This document shows positions 61,487 through 64,000 of a stretch of 64,000 nucleotides of DNA, in pieces. Both the position numbers and the translations under genes were made by a program. Source of the DNA: Planctomycetota bacterium (GTDB lineage Bacteria; Planctomycetota; UBA8108; SXIK01); NCBI GenBank assembly GCA_965223265.1, contig OZ244999.1, positions 5,088,001-5,152,000 of the forward strand, given 5' to 3'. Each line of letters begins with the position of its first letter. The first letter of the stretch is position 1. Under the pieces are notes generated by a model. The model worked only from the letters and a program-made list of their open reading frames with translations, was not told where the DNA came from and did not search any database.

Positions 61487-64000
61487 TCACGAGCAAGCGG
61501 TGTACTCCGCGCAGCTCACCCTGTCCGTCGCTGCGTCCGTTCCACAGGCACCCTGAGGTGGCGCCGGCGCCGGGCCGCCCCGAAAGAGTGAGTTCAGGAG
61601 ATAGATCGCGTCGTTGACATGGATCGCACCGTCGTCGTCCACGTCCGCGGTCTTACGGCAGGTGATACGCGCGCCGTCGAACAAGTAGAGGAGAATCGAC
61701 ATGGCGTCCGCAGCGTCGAGCCCGCTATCGGCATTCACGTCCCCGCGCACAAACGGCTCCGGATTCACCACCCAGAGGGTGCGCCCGAAGTCATCGTCCA
61801 AGGCGCTAAAGAACAACTTGCCGCCAGCGACGACAAGTTCGCGGGGAAACGAAGAATCAGGCCCCACCGAAAAGTCACGCACGAGCTCCGTTCCCTCCGT
61901 CGTGCCGTCGCTGCGCCAAAGCTCCCACCCGGTCTCCCTGCGCTCGCCGACGAAGTAGAGAACGCCGTCGACGTTGATGAACTCGCGTGGACCATCGGGC
62001 AGAAGAAAACCGAGGTCACGCCACCCATCAGCGAGCCTCACGGTGCCCGCCGCGGTACCGTTGCTCTTCCATAGATCGATGGGACTGCCGTGGAATCTCT
62101 GAGTCGTAAAGAACAGCTCGCCGTTGACGACAGCCGTTTCACTATAGAAAAATGTATGAGCGCGCAATGAACTGACGAAGCGCGATCCGCCGGCGCTACC
62201 ATCGCTCTTCCAAAGCCCGGTACGGTCGTTGCTTGCGGCGTCAGCGAAAAAGAACAAAGTGTCATCGACGATCGAGAGGTGCTTTGGCCACGAGCTCTCC
62301 TGGCCAGGCTGCAAATCGTCCAGAAGCGTCGTTCCGCTCTCCGTGCCGTCGCTGACCCAAAGCTCGGTGCCGAAATCTTCATTCTCCGCGGCGAAAAAGA
62401 CTCGATTTCCCGTCACTGCGAGCTGGCTACGAAGCGCGCCGTGTAGGAGGAACGTCCCCTCCGCCGTGCCATCGCTGCGCCAAAGCGTCCGACCGTTGAC
62501 GACGAAGAGCAGCCTCTCGCCGGACGTGAGTCCGGCAAAGAACTCAGGGAACGAGGCCACTTCGACGGTGCCTCCACCTGTCCCATCGCTTCGCCAAAGC
62601 GTCCGACCGATCACGAAATACAGTGCGTCGCCAAGGCTCGTGAAACGCCGTGGAGCGGTCGGAAGTGAGGTCACGGCGACTGTGCCATCGGCGCTGCCGT
62701 CGCTCTTCCAAAGCTCGTTGCCCGGGCCAAAGAAGAACACGTCTTCGCCTAAGCGACCGAGTTCGGCGGGCCCCGTCGCATTGCGGCCGCGGTGGACGTC
62801 TGCAACGAGCACCGTCCCCGCAGCGCTCCCGTCAGTCACCCAGAGTTCGCGACCGTGAATGCCATCGTCCGCAACAAAATAGACTCGATCGCCGACCGCG
62901 CGCAGCGCTTGTGGAATCGATCCACTGCGATCCGATTCGAGATCCTTGACCATCGAAGTAGATTCTTTGGAGCCCGCCGTACGCCAGAGTTCGCACCCAT
63001 GGACTCCATCGTTCGCACCGAAGTAAACGGATTCTTCGAGAACAACGCCAAGGGCGCCGCAAATTGATCCCGACGGGCCTTCACGAATGTCTTTCACGAG
63101 CGAGACGCCCTCGCTCCTCGCGTCGATTCGCCAAAGCTCAGCGCCGAGGTTCGACACGGGGTCATTGCCGACGAATAAGACCGAATCGCCAAGGCTCAGA
63201 AGTGATTTCGCCGTGACGCCGTCAGGGCCCGGTACGAAGTCAGTTAGCATGCGCGTCCCGACGGCGGTGCCGTCGCTGACCCACACCTCAGATCCGTGCA
63301 CCCCATCATCAGCCAAGAAAAACAGCCCTCCCCGAAATGGTGTCAGCAGCTGCGGCGAGGCGAGTGTGTCCATCTCGGGATGGATGTCGCGGACGAGCGT
63401 CGTCGACTCGGCAGTGCCCTCGCTCCTCCATAATTCGCGACCGCTCGGCCCGCCGTCTGCGGTAAAAAACAGTGTGCCGTTCACGTCGGTCAATGCTGTA
63501 GGAGCCGACGATGCGGCGCCTGGTCGAACGTCTGCCACCAGCTCCGTGCCTGCGGCTGTGCCGTCACTCTTCCACAGCTCGGTGCCGCTAGCGCTGTGAG
63601 TTGCCGCGAAGAAAAGAGCCCCCGCCACTTCGGCGAAGCCGTGCGGAACGGAGTCACCGTCAGGATTGATGTTGCGGACCAGCGCCGTCCCAGCCCGCGT
63701 CCCGTCCGTAGCCCAAAGCTCGCGGCCATGCTCAAGGTCGCCGACGGTGAAGTACGCGCGACTGCGGTAGCTGAACAGCTCGCTGCCATGGCGACGCTGA
63801 CGGCTCACGGATTGGATCTTGTGCGTACCCACGGGACGCCCATCGTTCGACCAGAGCTGAGTGTCCTGTGTCGAGCTGAAGACAAAGACGACCCGGTTCC
63901 CCAACGTGGCGATGTCATGCACTCTCCCAACGTTGCCAGCAGGTCCGTCGGGAAATCGCCGGAAGATGTCATAGGTTCCTTCCGTCGTTCCGTCGCTACG
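61487..64000 (-). CDS. ELWxxDGT-repeat beta-propeller protein with C-terminal dockerin-like domain (5' end outside the window)
   Basis: More than 12 ELW.SDGT..GT repeats; FVRGDVNADSGLDAADA module; frame stays open to 64000 (RSDGTTEGT...). Confidence 0.9.
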   Translation of the reverse strand, partial: RSDGTTEGTYDIFRRFPDGPAGNVGRVHDIATLGNRVVFVFSSTQDTQLWSNDGRPVGTHKIQSVSRQRRHGSELFSYRSRAYFTVGDLEHGRELWATDGTRAGTALVRNINPDGDSVPHGFAEVAGALFFAATHSASGTELWKSDGTAAGTELVADVRPGAASSAPTALTDVNGTLFFTADGGPSGRELWRSEGTAESTTLVRDIHPEMDTLASPQLLTPFRGGLFFLADDGVHGSEVWVSDGTAVGTRMLTDFVPGPDGVTAKSLLSLGDSVLFVGNDPVSNLGAELWRIDARSEGVSLVKDIREGPSGSICGALGVVLEESVYFGANDGVHGCELWRTAGSKESTSMVKDLESDRSGSIPQALRAVGDRVYFVADDGIHGRELWVTDGSAAGTVLVADVHRGRNATGPAELGRLGEDVFFFGPGNELWKSDGSADGTVAVTSLPTAPRRFTSLGDALYFVIGRTLWRSDGTGGGTVEVASFPEFFAGLTSGERLLFVVNGRTLWRSDGTAEGTFLLHGALRSQLAVTGNRVFFAAENEDFGTELWVSDGTESGTTLLDDLQPGQESSWPKHLSIVDDTLFFFADAASNDRTGLWKSDGSAGGSRFVSSLRAHTFFYSETAVVNGELFFTTQRFHGSPIDLWKSNGTAAGTVRLADGWRDLGFLLPDGPREFINVDGVLYFVGERRETGWELWRSDGTTEGTELVRDFSVGPDSSFPRELVVAGGKLFFSALDDDFGRTLWVVNPEPFVRGDVNADSGLDAADAMSILLYLFDGARITCRKTADVDDDGAIHVNDAIYLLNSLFRGGPAPAPPQGACGTDAATDRVSCAEYTACS

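Overview
High-GC bacterial chromosome window, probably Planctomycetota (inferred from the Zn-ribbon SpoVG, the Tat-exported Gfo/Idh/MocA protein, the planctomycete-type dockerin-like modules and the double-length UvrA). Positions 1-50.9 kb are mostly housekeeping genes: trpEGD, uvrA, lysS, Fe-type ABC genes, waaF/hldE/lpxK, two PilT ATPases, spoVG-ispE-panC-folK-pssA-psd, eno-ftsB, orphan fliM and flgN, ruvB-tgt-yajC-secDF, tRNA-Arg(UCG) and tRNA-Lys(CUU). Beyond tRNA-Lys is an accessory region of secreted beta-propeller plus dockerin-like proteins and a DUF433/DUF5615 toxin-antitoxin pair with a frameshifted toxin. Main findings: (1) a complete 4065-bp five-gene transposon (Zn-ribbon protein, Mu/IS481-like DDE transposase, ExeA-like AAA+ ATPase, small ORF, stand-alone primase-type Zn finger) with TG...CA ends, repeated end motifs and a 6-bp target duplication that splits a dockerin gene exactly in frame; (2) an ORF between yajC and secDF ending in RAPRAPP, a candidate secretion-monitor arrest peptide; (3) a complete Trp attenuator (leader MNWWPW..., with 1:2, 2:3 and 3:4 hairpins) upstream of trpE; (4) three copies of a ~185-bp palindromic MITE-like element, each directly after a stop codon. 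All calls come from reading the sequence; no database searches were run.
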